Shown in pieces: positions 22,812 through 36,669 of a DNA stretch of 64,000 nucleotides. A program made the position numbers and the translations under genes. The notes under the pieces are model-generated. The model was not told the DNA's origin. It saw only the letters and a list, made by a program, of their open reading frames with translations, and did no database searches. The first letter of the stretch is position 1. Every line of letters starts with the position of its first letter. Location: assembly GCA_051294905.1 (NCBI GenBank), contig CM119371.1, positions 19,532,001-19,596,000 of the forward strand. Reading direction: 5' to 3'. The stretch is from Botryllus schlosseri (taxonomy: Eukaryota).

Positions 22812-25041
22812 TCAAGCCTTCGTAAAATAGTTGATGGGGGTGTTCGCGCAAAGAAATCCCGGGAACTTGCAGAGCCTGCGAATCATTTCCTAAAATAAAA
22901 AACAGAGATAAAGAGAGAGTTAGAAAAATTCCGTAGGCTTTATTCTAATCTTCGTTACTAAGTTGCGATTTAAATAAGGATTGGGACAGTTTTGCGAAAT
23001 AAAGTGATAACTGTGAAGTAGGAATGGTATATACTCACAACAACCTGAGTGAGTAGTGCAGAGGTTCTCAACCTTTTTATGGTCGCGACCGAAAATTTCA
23101 ATTTGTTAATGTTCTGCGACCCCACTCTTAATTTTGCGTGCTTATTACTACAATATATGCACACCTTAGTTGAAATTATGCAATTATGAACTCGTCCTCA
23201 CTCTATCAAGACTATATAAACGTATATAGGTCATTTGGAACGATTTCTATATCAATCCGGGTTCACATTCTTCAGAGGTCGTTTTTTCTTCTACTTTGAA
23301 AAATGAACTAAAGCATCCACTTAATGGGCATTTCGTAATGGTCATTTGTAGGGCTGGGCAAAATAAAGTAGCCGAGTGATTCGATTCTGAATCACGTACC
23401 ACGCTTCGAGTCGAATCGAGTATTCGAGTATCACTCATTGTGACATCACAACATGATGTACTATGTCTAAGTTCAAAAATGTGCCTTTTATGCTACCACT
23501 AAGAACATAATGCCTGTTATCCATCATATTAAAGATACTTCGGTATTTTTCGACCATACCGATTTCATTGCACTTCTTGACAATGTTCTGTTATGATCAT
23601 GCTGATTTCGGAAATGTGTTATTTCAAGTAACGTTCGTAGCTTTGTACTAGGTCTCTTATGCTGCGACGTGGCCAATAAAGGTTTCATGGCTTCCACAGT
23701 TTAAAATAGTATCAAAACTATAATTCTCGTTAGTAAATTAACTTTTAGTTGCGAGTAGCGAATAATTTCAGTACTGGAAAAAATCGTCCTTTACTACTCG
23801 ACTCGAGTCATTAAAATTGTTTTTCGATTCAGATTCGAGTACTCAATTCATTGTGACCAGCCCTAGTCACTGGTATTTCATTTTTGTCTCTATGCGACCC
23901 CAGAGAATGGGCAAACGACATCATTTAGGTCGTGACCCCTACTTTGGGAACGTTTGAAGTAGCGGGAATAGGGTGCTAAACACAGTTTAGTACTCCAAAA
24001 AGGTAGAAGTGCGTCGTTACTGAACATCTCTGACGAAAACATGGCGTTAACTTACTGCGTCTTTCCTTCTTAGACAGTAACCTGATGGCGCGACTATCGG
24101 CATTGCAATGAAAGTAACACCGCCGCAGATAGGCCCAGACACGCACACTAGGTCTTTTCTGGTGTCACATTCTCCCAGCCGTTGAAAGCCACCGCATCGC
24201 TGATATAGCTGTTTCGGGCATTGGTAGCAGCACCTAAATGCAACGTAAAATTTACCGTTACGTGAGCAGAGGTGTCGGATGGGACTCCATTTAAAATTGC
24301 AGGGCGCATCTTCTCGACTATAGTGCTAAATGACTAATGCCACAACAAGTAGGTGGTATTTTCGAAACTAAATTTTGTTACCGCGATACAGGGCCTTCTT
24401 CGCCAAGTCGTTATGACAATTGAACACGTACAGGTGGCGCAAACATACACCAAAACCACGATCTACTTTAGAAAACGCAAGGTCGAAATGTAAGCAGCTT
24501 TGCTTGAAATAGGTTCGGTGGTAGAGGAAATATTCTAAATAGAAGTGTAGTGTAGTGCCGGTTACACTTACAATCTCTTCGTGAGAACTTTGGAAAAGTA
24601 TAAAAACAAGATACACTCTAAGCGAAAAGACTGTGTACTTACACCAGTGTACCATCCGTGATATATTGGTGTGAATAGACTAACACCACGGTATATATGA
24701 AACACAAATATTAATCCAAATGATGCATGCATTGCACGCTGGGACGCAAAAAGGCATGCACGTAGGCACGTAGGAAGTATAACCGAGATATAATTCAACA
24801 ATACGTATACGCTAAGAGTGTGACAATTATACATATAATCGCTGTCGCAATAGATAAAGGTAAGATCGCTTAATCATATGAAACAGGCCCCATCTCACAC
24901 TCACCCACAATAATCCTTTATTGGCATTCCTCCGCCAAAGCAATACGGGCGAGGACAAGGTCGTTTGCATGGTGGGCAGCGTATGCCTGTACAATACGCT
25001 GTACTGATGGCAAGCAATAATATGAAACACAGCGTATGCAT
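22812..25041 (-). CDS. G2: secreted IGFBP(IB)-domain Cys-rich protein, divergent paralog, 130 aa; exons 25041-24905, 24233-24056, 22889-22812
   Basis: MHTLCFILLLAISTAYCTGIRCPPCKRPCPRPYCFGGGMPIKDYCG|CCYQCPKQLYQRCGGFQRLGECDTRKDLVCVSGPICGGVTFIAMPIVAPSGYCLRRKDA|EMIRRLCKFPGFLCANTPINYFTKA*; signal peptide; same intron positions and phases as the paralogs; GTGAGT and GTAAGT donors. Confidence 0.9.
23059..23956. mobile_element. hAT MITE in G2 intron 2 with a second MITE nested at 23349-23865
   Basis: Outer CAGAGGTTCTCAA end with TSD gagtagtg/aagtagcg; inner TIR TAGGGCTGG with TSD gtcatttg/gtcactgg. Confidence 0.65.
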
Positions 25042-25699
25042 GATGGATTCTTGTCTAATAATAGAAAAAGGGACGTACACTCATTATATGTCTTATCAAG
25101 TCACATAATTATAGCCTACTGCCTATAGTGTTACTTCCCAAGTAGAAGTAGCAGTGATGCCGTAGATTTGTTCTTAATTACAAGTATCGATGTGAAAATA
25201 CCCAAGATGACATGTGAAAACTATTTGAAATAGTAACTGAAGAACTGAAAATTAATCAAGTGAGCATATGCAGTTTAAAAATGTTGATTTGTTTTTTTTT
25301 GCGGTTTATTAGAGGTGGTAATTTTCGAAATTGCTGACTGCATCTTCGCTACTGACGAAAAATGGCTAACGACACTACGAGTGCGAGGGTTATTTGTAAC
25401 TAAATCTCGTTACCGCGACACCGTGGTCATGAGAATTTTACGCATCAACGCGATGAAAGCATATCCGAAAATTAACTTTATTATCCTACATGATATCGAA
25501 AGTGCTCAAAGCAAGTAGTTCGTCCTGAAAAACTGTTGATTAAAAGTTGCAACGCAATCACTTGAAATAGATCGCGGCCAAACCAATAACCACCTCCTTG
25601 CGCATCACACAGATATCCAATCGCTCACTTACTTCAAGTTATCACCCATAATATACAGAAGCCCGCTGTACCGGCGAAAATTTACCTTTTTCAAATACG

Positions 25700-27150
25700 C
25701 GACAAGTACTCTCTATACATCCAAAACCCAAGCAAAGGCGTTTTCTACACGACATAGGCTACTGCCATTACGATACGGTGTTATCAAACCACCCACTTAA
25801 CCCTGACGTGTTAAATCATTTCCCCGATCTACTAAGTATAGCACGGGCTTGTGTGGTTTCCAATGTGCGCATCCACATAGTTACAATGTAAAACGGTATT
25901 TTAGTGAAGTAACCTCATGTTGAGATTCTGACAAGGACAGGTAAAATAAACTAGTAGAAATATGATGTCCTAGTCTACATTTGATGGTGTTTTACAGTTA
26001 TTTTCATCGTCGGTTTGCTATGAAGATAACACTTTGAAATTGAGTTTTAAGAGAAAGAGATATTTCATTTAATTGGTCAACCGGTATACTATAGGTGAAT
26101 CTTATAAATCTAACTTCTACATCCAATGGAACAGAGAATCTATGATTACTTGGATGGCGATACATGATAAAGATTCATGATTGACTGACCTAAACCTATA
26201 CCGAACCACATGCCCCATTAAACGAAATGCGAAAACCTTGCCGACCAAATTGCTAGCATTAAACCGCGTTGGAATGGACTGTGTGAAAAGCGCATCCTAC
26301 GTGAACTCCATTTGCCATAACGCGAGGGTATTTATATATTTCGGAAGGAGGTGATAAAATATTTTGCCTTTCTCACGATAGCAATTAATATATTATTTTT
26401 AAGATAATGGGGTACGTTCCTTGAAACCTGCTGTTGTAATACACGTAAGAGTGTAGGAGGCAATTTATATGGTAATGGATAAATCAATTAGAAAAACCTC
26501 AGATTTCATAAAATATCAAATGAAGTTTTAAGAGCTGAATCGGAAAGATTAAAATCTGATTAGATTGATTAAATCTAAAGTAATGAGGTTCCTTGAAATC
26601 TTCTGCTGTAATAAGCGTCAGAGTGTCGAAAGCAATTTATATGGTACCGAAGACATCGATTACAAGACCACAGATTTAATTAAACCTTAAATAATGTTTT
26701 TCAGTGCCGATTCGGAAAGATGACAATGTTCGAACCGGCTTAGATACGAAATTACATCTTTCGACAGACATATCAACCGATTCGTTAAAAACATCTTAGT
26801 CAATATGTGGTTGTTGTATTAAATATGGACGTTTCATTTTGCCTATATCAGTTCGATTATGGCCTTATATTAAACACGTCGCTGTGTAGTCAATACAGGA
26901 AATATGCTCTCTTTTACGAAAGATCTAGATCTGACAACTGATTTTAATTGCCTATTGAAAATATATTGCTCGCTTTGATCTCCCTTGAACGGGCTATTTA
27001 CTCATAAGTTGTAATCAAGTTTACAAGTAGGCGTAAAATGACGCTGGAATATACAAATGAAAGTAAAAGGCATTGGAATTCAGATTAAAATACATGTATG
27101 TGAACACCAAATGTAAAATCTCAAACGTGATCAATAATAGATTTAATAGT
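25700..27150 (+). pseudogene. Decayed FUT8/GT23-like relic, head-to-head with G2
   Basis: Colinear broken motifs GLCGFQCAHPH (~25845), PKPIPNHMP..ENLADQIASI (~26190), KPAVVIHVR (~26425), KLHLSTD (~26750), SCNQV (~27010), compared with FUT8 GCGYGCQLHH, PRPPYLP..EDLADRL, HPVIGVHVRR, VYLATD, SSQV. Confidence 0.5.
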
Positions 27151-27385
27151 AAGATTACTAACAAAATCCAACACGTGACGCGTTTTCAGACTTAATACAG
27201 TTGCGGTGGTAGGAATAATGCAGTCGCTCCCAAACTGTGTTACGAGTACCACAAGTGGTAATTGAGACTCTCTCAGGGGGTACGCGAAAAGATTCGGCGG
27301 ATGTAGAAATTAATGAAGTTTTGAATTCGATACAGCGAGAGATACTAGGTTGTCGAGATGAACTGGGCTACCGTCACTCTAGGCC

Positions 27386-28095
27386 CAGTGTTCTTTTAGG
27401 GCTTCCCAAATTTCGGACTTGCAACTAAAGTAGAAAATTATTGGTTGTTTCTCGCTATGTCTTGTCGATAATACGAATATAGCCGACGATCAATAGTTGC
27501 GGTACAGCTATAACAGCTGAATCAAAGAGGTATTCACAAAATAAGCGCACCTTCGATACTTCTAAATGTTTTTTTCTCCTGATTTATGGCGCATAATGAT
27601 CAATTTTTACGTGTGGAAACATAACAAGCAGAAGCCAGCAGCCAGAAGCCAGAAGCCAGAATCCTGGCCCAAGCGAAGATTTTCGTCGCTATGTCGTGTT
27701 AAAACCATACAACGAAATATGCTACTAGATATCACCCTGAATGATCTAATAAACATCTCGATGAACGCTCCAGAGCAGGTCGCTGGCGAGGATGCACAAA
27801 AGATAGCTGACAAGTGGCAAAATCAAAGGACCGACGAACAGTGACAGCGCGGCATTGAAATGCGTGGGAATCTGCAATCAATGAAGAAATGGAAGCTGGC
27901 GGATGGGAACGGGATTGCGAATCTGTTTCGTTGCATGAGATAGAACCTGAAAATTTCGTTCTGTGATTGTGCACTTCCAGTAGCCTAATAAATAATTCGT
28001 TCAAGCAAATATGGCAATTTTTGGTATTGAAATGACACACTTGTGGTCTTTTTAAACTACTTAGCGGTCACCCAAATCAAAACTTAGAAAAACTG
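27386..28095 (+). mobile_element. hAT (ZNF862-like) deletion derivative
   Basis: CAGT(G/T)TT ends; RRFSSLCRVKTIQRNML...LINISMNAP resembles a hAT C-terminal dimerisation domain. Confidence 0.6.
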
Positions 28096-28151
28096 TAAAG
28101 GCCTACCCATATTCTACGACTCTTACATTGATCTAGCATATATTCTATAAG

Positions 28152-28726
28152 TATAGATTACTAACCTACGGATAGATACGCAGGTCCCGTCGTTACGCTC
28201 CGGCAAGCAGTCACACTTATTGCTGAGCAATCTAAAAGCAGCATAATTGGTGGTGTAATAGCTTGCGACTCGAGGGCTGAAATGTAATGAAACTGGTCCC
28301 GATCCAGAGCTACTGCCGCATTGATTCTGATAATACAAATTAAAATCTTGTCGGGGATATGGAACCACCTCAAAACACCCCTCAAAATCTGAAAATCGGC
28401 ATTGTTCCAACAATGGCAACACCGAAACACGATGAACATAACAATGGCAATTTCGTCAAGCGATTGTTAAGAACAATGTCGATTTTCAGAATTTGAGGGA
28501 TGTTTTGACGTGGTTCCATTTCCCTGACAAGGTATTTATTTTTATTCTCCGAATCAGTGCGACAGTAGCTCTCGTTTAAGACCAGTTTCATTAAATTTCA
28601 CCACTCGGGTCGCAAGTTATAACACCACCGATTATGCTGCTTTTAGATTGCTCAGCAATAAGTGTAACTGCTTGCTGGAGCGTAACGACGTGACCTGCGT
28701 ATCTATCCGTAGGTTAGTAATCTATG
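28152..28726. mobile_element. Foldback MITE with long (~260 bp) TIRs, P-element-like ends
   Basis: Left half is the reverse complement of the right half; (C/T)ATAGATTAC termini; 7-bp TSD CTATAAG. Confidence 0.8.
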
Positions 28727-29329
28727 CTATAAGTCACTACACGTTACGCTGCGCCGAGCAGTTACTATCAAACTGTGATTCCACTTAAATCAACATCAAA
28801 ACTTTATTCTTATCACCGGATTATGCACATGTATGAGCGGTGTTCAAAAATGACTTTTTTGAAATTGTACCGGCTATACTTGATAAAATTGTTAGATTAC
28901 CTAAAAAACGCTGCACACCTATTTAAGCTCAATTCCAACCTATAGTGGCATTGCTATAAGAGAAAAAGTTTTGGATTTATTTAATAAAAATAAACATGAA
29001 ATTTCCTCGAATCTTATTGGCTATACACCATGAAATTGTTTGATTGCCGGAAAAGGCGATGGACAACGGATTTACCTCAATTCGAACCAGTAAAAAACGA
29101 AGTTACTGATGTTCAAAATTCAAGATTTCAAATAATAGTAATTACGGTGGTTAAAAATCTATAATAAATAACTGAAGAATTTGCCACCGTAAATACTATT
29201 CTTTTCAAATCCAAAATAGTGTCCTCCAATAACTTTGCTTGTACTGGTTGTAACTGAGCCACATTTTTTGTGCATCGTTTCTTCAGACAGCCTAACAATT
29301 TCATGGGGTAGTCAGTGAAATAAAAAAAT

Positions 29330-29670
29330 ATATATGGCAGGCATTTAGCTGAGCATGCTACTTGCGCCAATAACTATAGTGACGACAGATTCTCAATTTT
29401 GGGTAGAGGCCGCACACTTTTCCACTTGTCCGCGCTGGAATCGACATTCATTAAGATCCATCAACCACGCTTATGCCAGCAGAAGGGACGTTTGCTTCAG
29501 CTAAAAATTGGCCACTAGCTGTGCTCGCGGTTTGTCTGCACTTGATGTTGTTTTGTTTCTATGACGTCACAATTGGCTGTATGCAATGCAGTTATATGCA
29601 AGTTTTTGAAATTCTCTTTATGCCGACGATTACCCCTGAAGAGTGTTGCTTCAAAAGCTTCGGGTTTTAA
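29330..29670 (+). mobile_element. Penelope-like retroelement 3' fragment (GIY-YIG endonuclease C-terminus plus 3' UTR)
   Basis: GRHLAEHATCANNYSDDRFSILGRGRTLFHLSALESTFIKIHQPRLCQQK..*, followed by a hammerhead-like motif. Confidence 0.75.
29632..29665 (+). ncRNA. Degenerate minimal type I hammerhead ribozyme
   Basis: ACCC-CTGAAGA-GTGTTGCTTC-AAAA-GCTTC-GGGT: stem I ACCC/GGGT, CUGANGA core, AAGCTT palindrome; GAAA reads AAAA. Confidence 0.6.
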
Positions 29671-30507
29671 TATAGTTCTAATATGAATATATTATTAAAA
29701 TGTAAATTATAAATAACCTAAATTGGGTGCGAAATGAATGTTTCTATACTTTAGGGATATATCAACCATCGGACAGTTTAAGCGCTCTTCTCGTTTTCTG
29801 GTCTTAACGACGTGATAAATAAATTGCATCTGACATAATTCACGACGAAGAAGCAGACCAACTCGCAAGATCGGCAACGTCAGGCGAATTTTTAGATATT
29901 TCACAAACGCGAAGTCTATCTCCCGAAAATGCAGATCAGTCGTAATGAGCAATGCTAAGGAAAGAGTGGAAGTAAGAACTGCCCGAAGTCAGCAGAGACA
30001 ATACCAGAGCTTCAATCATAGATAAGACTCGTCCATTCTAACCCGAAATTAAACCGGATATTGCGAGCTAAATCTGTAATGCTGAATCTGTACAGGATTG
30101 GGTGTAATGGTGACGGATTGCTGACATTTGGTTCGACCATGGAGAATTTCCTGCAAGCATACCTGATATTCTCCAAATATAGACTATCTGTCATTGAAGC
30201 TGCCAGGAATCCTGTCGTTAATATTGCGCTATCAGACGTAGCCTACTAACTAACTAGTTCACTATAATACCTGTTGAAGAATTTGCTATTTCGTCAAATA
30301 CAATAATGTAAGAGGACTTATTACAATCAAACCCTCTGGTGCACAAGATCGTAGTAGTCGAGCACCAAAACCCTACATCTACTGCTTCTCTCAGATTCAT
30401 ACAATGATCTCTTCATGCAATGTTTTTATTCGCACAAAGTTCTTCAATAGGCTACATCACCATTTACAAAAGGTCATGTATTCGTTATGACGAGCGGAAC
30501 GCTTCGG

Positions 30508-32331
30508 TCAGACTTCGGTGAGAATCGGTTTTACCGGGGAAGGAGTCCCTGGGCAAACTAACCCTGGGAATTTGCAAAGCTTGCGAGCCAATTCCTGGAA
30601 AGTAAATTATCCATTGCATAATTGACTGCAGTCAAACCCATGGGTTTTTCATGGTGGTTGCATAAGCCAATGCGTAATAGATTCATAAGCGGAGGTCTTC
30701 AAAGTAGGTACTGGGATAGAAGTACAATTAAAACCACGAATTACTACTGAATTACAAGCAGAAGTAGCAATTTTCAGGTTTTAAAAATAGATTTGGTCCT
30801 TGCGTCATACACTTTTAGCTGTTAATCGAGAGTAGCTACATTCAAGATTTGTGTATCATATTGACCAATAACACTAGAAATAGGTATACGATTATTTAAA
30901 ATATATTCAGCTATCGTGCTAGAAGGGCTATATTTCGCACAGCCGTCATATGAATTTCAAGCATATCGTGGATGAAAGCATATCATATAAATACTTTCTG
31001 TCCAAAGTGAGTAGTTTTGCCGAAAAAACTGTGTAGAAGTGGAAATATTCCACACACATTATCACTTGACTTAGGAGTTTTGATAAGCAAATATATTCGA
31101 AGAAGTATAAGTACTTCGTTACTAATTTCCTCTGGGTATAAACATAAGTAATACCTTAACGTGGTACTTGATTATATCCAGGTATAGAAGTGGTGATTCA
31201 AGTTGTGACGTGACTATTTAGTGTGGCAGTACAAAAAAAAAGTATGGAAAGTACTGAAGTATGTTGTTTGATGATGTAGTTTGGGAAGAGGGAAGGAAGT
31301 AGTGGAAAAAATTAAATCCACTTGAGTACTTTGAACATGTAGCAATATCGGCCGCCTCGGGTCTGGACATACGCAATATGCAATATGCATAGGCTATTTC
31401 GGGAGAGTATCAAACGGTACGTTTGTATCTTGCACTATACTGACACGAGTCCTATAGTTTTGACTTACCACTTGCTTCTTTGTCAAGCAGTATCCAGATC
31501 TACTGATGATTGGGATAACTATATTCTTTGCTGGATAAGATGTACTGCCGTGGCAGAGAGGACCCACTTGGCAGACCAATCCTTTTCTGCGGTCGCATCG
31601 GCCGTATCGGTTGAATAAACCACCACAGCGTTCGTATTGTTTCTTAGGTCTGACGCACACGTAGCAGCAACTGAAAAAAAAACAAAGATATTGTTGTATC
31701 AGGAATCAAAAGATATAGTTGTTTGTTGGTGACAAGAAGGCAGATCTAATACGCCGATCTAATCAAAATAATGTTTGCCAACCTGTGAAAGATGGTCAGG
31801 AAACTACTTCTTCTGTTTAGGTCTACATACATTTGCGTGCAAACATTTTCGACCACGAACACTGACCAGACAAGACTGCGATCCAATGTAACTTATGTGC
31901 GCGTGCAGTCTTTACTAAAGGTTCTATATACGACATGCAGTCAGAGTTCAGAGAACTCATTGAAAACTTTGATCGACCACAGATAGCTGATTGACTTCAA
32001 TAGCTTTTGCAGTACATTACGTTAAATACCGTTTTATTCTTTGTATAGGTGGATAAGAACGCGATTAATGTATCGATTCCGGAATCCAGCCCGTCGAATA
32101 GGCCTACCCTACGTCATCTCCCCACATCAGTCCCTCCGACCGGAGAAGTTTCAGGCCCTTATGCTACATGCTAACAACCTACCCGCATCTGTCCTTTTCG
32201 AGAATCTTTCCTTGTGGACAGTTGGGTCTTGGACAAGGCCTGGTACATGGCGCGCAACTCAGTGATTTCGTTGGTGATGCTCCATGCACTGCACCGACGT
32301 AAAACAATACGACAAGACACAAAGTCTTCAT
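30508..32331 (-). CDS. G3: secreted IGFBP(IB)-domain Cys-rich protein, 145 aa; exons 32331-32183, 31670-31469, 30594-30508
   Basis: MKTLCLVVLFYVGAVHGASPTKSLSCAPCTRPCPRPNCPQGKILEKDRCG|CCYVCVRPKKQYERCGG...SGYCLTKKQV|ELARKLCKFPGLVCPGTPSPVKPILTEV*; intact GT-AG sites; AATAAA downstream. Confidence 0.92.
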
Positions 32332-32949
32332 AATCTTAGCTCAATATTATATAAATATTCTACAAATAGCGATATATTTCAGATTTATTTCGACCTCGCA
32401 TGTTAACAAGTTGCCCTCAGCGACTAATAGCGTAGCGTTAGATGCATATTGGATTGACATCACAACACAACTGGCCTATATGGAGAATAGGTAAGATATA
32501 GTGCTTGGCTGGTGCAAGGGCCTTGGCAAGCAGAAATATATCTAGACGCAAATTGTTCGTTTATATTGTCCTGGAACCAGATGGTCTCCGTGACAAAGTG
32601 CTACTTTTTTGGACTTCGGTCTTTGTGAGAATCAACGAAATAGGCGATTTTCGTCTACAATATGGATGACATTTCGTTCTACTATCGTAACATGCGAGTA
32701 TATCGTTACCACTTGGATAGAGAGCTAAATATTCGGGTCGTAGTTAGGACAGGTTCGGCCCGGGCCAGTATTTAGTTCCACGTATGCTTCAAAAACTCGT
32801 TAAACAGCTCATAAAAGTCGAATTGACTATGAACCATTATAAAACCCTCACATAAAATGTTTTGAGCTAATATCTGACAACATTTTCAATCGTCGAATGC
32901 CGACCAGATTAAGACTCTTATTTGTATGCTCAGGCCTGGTTCGTCACCT

Positions 32950-33780
32950 ACCGAGTCCATATTTATAACGTTTGTGGCAACCAGGTCTTCGCTATATTGA
33001 CTTCGCCCAAGCTTAGACCGCTGTGGACATTGTCAACTGGGATGATGTTCCCGATCTCAAAGGCGAATGTGATCTCTGTCTCATTGCGTGGCGATATTTA
33101 TGCTTTAGAGTCACGGGATGAAGCAATTAATCCTTGATAGTAACAAAATACCTCACTCGTTTAACGATCGAAAATGCTTCTCTATAATCGCCATATGGCT
33201 AGGTCAAGAGATAATTGTATCGGATTGATGGAGATCTTTATTTGCATAATCACAGGGTCGAACCAGTGACACACACAACTATGACAAAGTCTGCGTTTTT
33301 GCGAAAAAAAATATATACATTAAGCAGCATCCTTTCCTACAGTGGTAAAAGTAGCGAATATTGATATTCAAATACAAATAGAAACACTGTTCCGGTTTTC
33401 TACTAAATTGTGAGTAAAGCTGGCTCTTTTGAAGGCATGCTGAAGCATATTTAAAGAAAATGGGAATCGGGAGGTCAAGTTCTACTACAATTGAATAAAT
33501 ATACGTACTCAATTGAGTGGTTTGTAAATAGTAGATATAGGTAAATCCAAGATTGCCCGACAGTTCGATCATGATTCCTCAGTGGCGTTACTATGTATAG
33601 ATGTTGCCGGCGTTCGTCCAGTTGTTGTATACGCAGACTGTTTTAATTGAATTGATTGTCAATCTTTATATTCAAATTCTGTAATTGCGTGGGATGTCAA
33701 CGCATTGATCATTCCCCAGTCGCCAACAATTGAATATCGCGAAGAGTAGATATTTGAATATTGCGAAGGCACCTGACGGA
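32950..33780 (-). pseudogene. Decayed FUT8/GT23-like C-terminal relic (duplicate of 14270-15050; further partial copy ~40200-40560)
   Basis: KNADFVIVVC, YYQGLIA, SPRNETEITFAFEIGNIIPVDNVHSGLSLGEVN resemble the FUT8 end and SH3 region; stops and frameshifts present. Confidence 0.4.
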
Positions 33781-36366
33781 TTTTAAAACATATTTAATAT
33801 ATTTTGAGTAATAGCTCCAATAAGCTACGGCCGAGATTCATGCGATGTGACGTGTCATGTAGGGCCACCGTATTTTGTAACCTGGAAAGATGGTCACATT
33901 TTAAAAATCATTAAAGGTAGTTCACCGAAATTGAAAACAGCTGAGTTTGAAATATTTACTGGAAATCTTGTGTTGACTGAATAATATAGAAAAGGCCTTC
34001 ACTTCTACTGGGATTCCGAATCCCGATTTATTGACGTTACTTTTGTGGTGTTGATTAAAATACAGGTCATCACTCTGAGTCGGATCCAGAACGACCCGCT
34101 CGAACTTCCGCGTTACATATTTAGCGTCCTTTAGGCCGATTTCCAGTTGACCCTATACATTAGCCTAGCTGCTGCTAAGCTGTAAAGGAGGACGGATTGC
34201 TAAAAAGAAGGAGATTTTCAATTCCTTTAAAAAGTAAGACAAATCCTCCTACACTGTAAAAACTGTGCCCTCCTTTAGAGGAGGTTCAAAGATTACCTTA
34301 CAAACAGGAGGAAAATTTTCTACCTTATTTCACAGGTAGGTATTTTTCTACCTTATTTCACAGGTAGGTATTTTTCTACCTTATCCCCAAGGTGGGTTAT
34401 TTCACACCTCTATCCGGTACCAACCCATCCTATATACGGCATACGCATATCCTCGTCAAACAGCAACATACATATATAATGCATCACATGTTGACATGAA
34501 ATTGGATTTATTATTAACAATTCAAGACGTCATTACTCAAAAGATTTTATTTGGTGGTGCATTGCACGGAGTTTGGTCTTCACAGCATTGGTGATGTGCA
34601 CACCAGGCAAATGTTCCAGAATCACTGACAAGAAGTTTCGCCTTCCATTCACTTACGGTAGGTTTGATGAGCGGCGCGTTGGTAGCTGGTGATGGCTTCA
34701 TTACATCTTAATAAAGGAATGAAACTCCTTTATTATATATTCTGATGTGTGATATTGTGCATAAACATCTAGCAAATGAGAGCTATGCTATACATTAAGG
34801 CAGGCCTGGTCAAAGCCAGATGCCAAAACTGCCAAAAATAAAAATTGAGAAAATGCGTACAAAAATTCAATTACTTTTTCTCAATATATTTCAACATGGT
34901 GATAATAAGTTATATTCTTACCAGGACCATAACTGCCGCACCACAAAACAGGAATGTCTGACATCACACTGACACGATCCTCCTGTGAGCATAGACCTTA
35001 AAAGATGCATGTTGCAACTATAACCCATGAAGAATCTATAATATTGTATAATACTATAATATAATACAAACCAGCACTATCCGATGAACTGAAGCCATGG
35101 GAATCTGCTTTTTCCTTGTCAGCAGAGGCAGTGGAGGCAGCATTTTCAGAGGGGTCTCAACATGAAGTTGTGGAACGAGTTCTGTAATGAATAGAGTGTC
35201 ATAGATTATATAGTTCAGCGGTCCCAGGCGTGATCTTCCAATATGTACGACGTACGTAGCATCTGTGAATTTCATCAGAGTGCCCGGTGGACACGAGCAA
35301 ATCTCCCGACCCAGCGAAAATTCACGCTTGACACGGAAAACATCGCAGTTTCAAATATTTGAATAAAATTGTTTTTGTGCGGGCATAATTTTTTAATTAA
35401 TGAGTTATATATACATCATAACGAGAGTTTGCATCATGACATCGTAAAACTGTTGGGTTATAATATTGTAACTAGTGGACCTGTGACGTGTCACAATTTT
35501 ATATAGAATATTTTATAATCTAATGAAGAATGATCTGATATCAGACATTTGAGAGGTGTAGCCTAATCCTGGTTTTGATAAAGTCATAAGTTTAGGCTAT
35601 TGGTATTGTCATTGCCAACTTCAAATTAAATCAGCGCCTGTCGGATGCTGTCCCATTGGATTGTGACGGAGTTTGGAATTGTGACGCAAGGATGGCAGCA
35701 AGCGTATCGGACTATCGGCCATTGTTGCGCAACCGATTGAGCATTCACACTCTCACTCTCGTGCGCACTTGCTCCTGAGATGCTCAGGCGGCATTGTCGC
35801 GTCACAATACCAAACTCTGCGCAACAATGCAACATTCGAGGCTGGTTCCAGGACTCGAACTACGATCCGTTTGACGCCCTCTATTAATTCACTCCGCATC
35901 CGCACTCAGCAAAACTTCGTAATAGCATTGCTTCTTAATCTTATTAGTGATCGTACCCCTTGTACTTCCAATGAGATTTCTCGTAGCCCCTGTCCATTTT
36001 CAACACAATTTCTGATGTTACCTATTTTTTTAAATCAGAAAGCGCATTGACATAAAATCGCACGTAGCGCGAAGACTATTTTCCAGTTGAATTAATTGGC
36101 CAAGAACATATTCCACAGCATATAGGCCTAATTCCACAATTCATCTCGCACACCCTGATGTGGTGCTTCGTACCCTGATGGGGTCTATACGGACTCTGGT
36201 TAAGAACCCAAGGAATATAATGTCCGATCGGCGAATAATTCATTGGTGTTACAGCTGTAGAGCGTGCTACTACCTACTTGGCCTACCCTAATCGTCACGG
36301 ATAATAACATCGATAAAGAGAACAAACAACACCCGCGTGTTTGAGACCTCTGCATTATTTGAAGAT

Positions 36367-36669
36367 TTAATAACCTTGCAGAAGGCAATGTGTAAATTTG
36401 AAGCATAAATAATACACTATGGGCTTACCTTTGATTATTTGGTGTTGTTCTAGAACTTCAACGTTTATTTTACCTTTGTCTTTAATAATTGCGTCTTCAT
36501 CAAGGTCAATAAAATCTTCAACTGATTTGTCGTAATACTTGATCAATAATTGACGACCACGCAGTTTATCTTTATAGACTTCATAAACTGCACTCCGTAT
36601 CTCAGAGACATTGTCGACTTTTATCCGCTTGGAATGTACCCATAATTTAGCTACCAAGTTCATTGTCAT
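36367..36669 (-). pseudogene. EnSpm ORF2-like N-terminal remnant
   Basis: LLIKYYDKSVEDFIDL motif; lies directly downstream of the transposase remnant inside the element. Confidence 0.5.
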
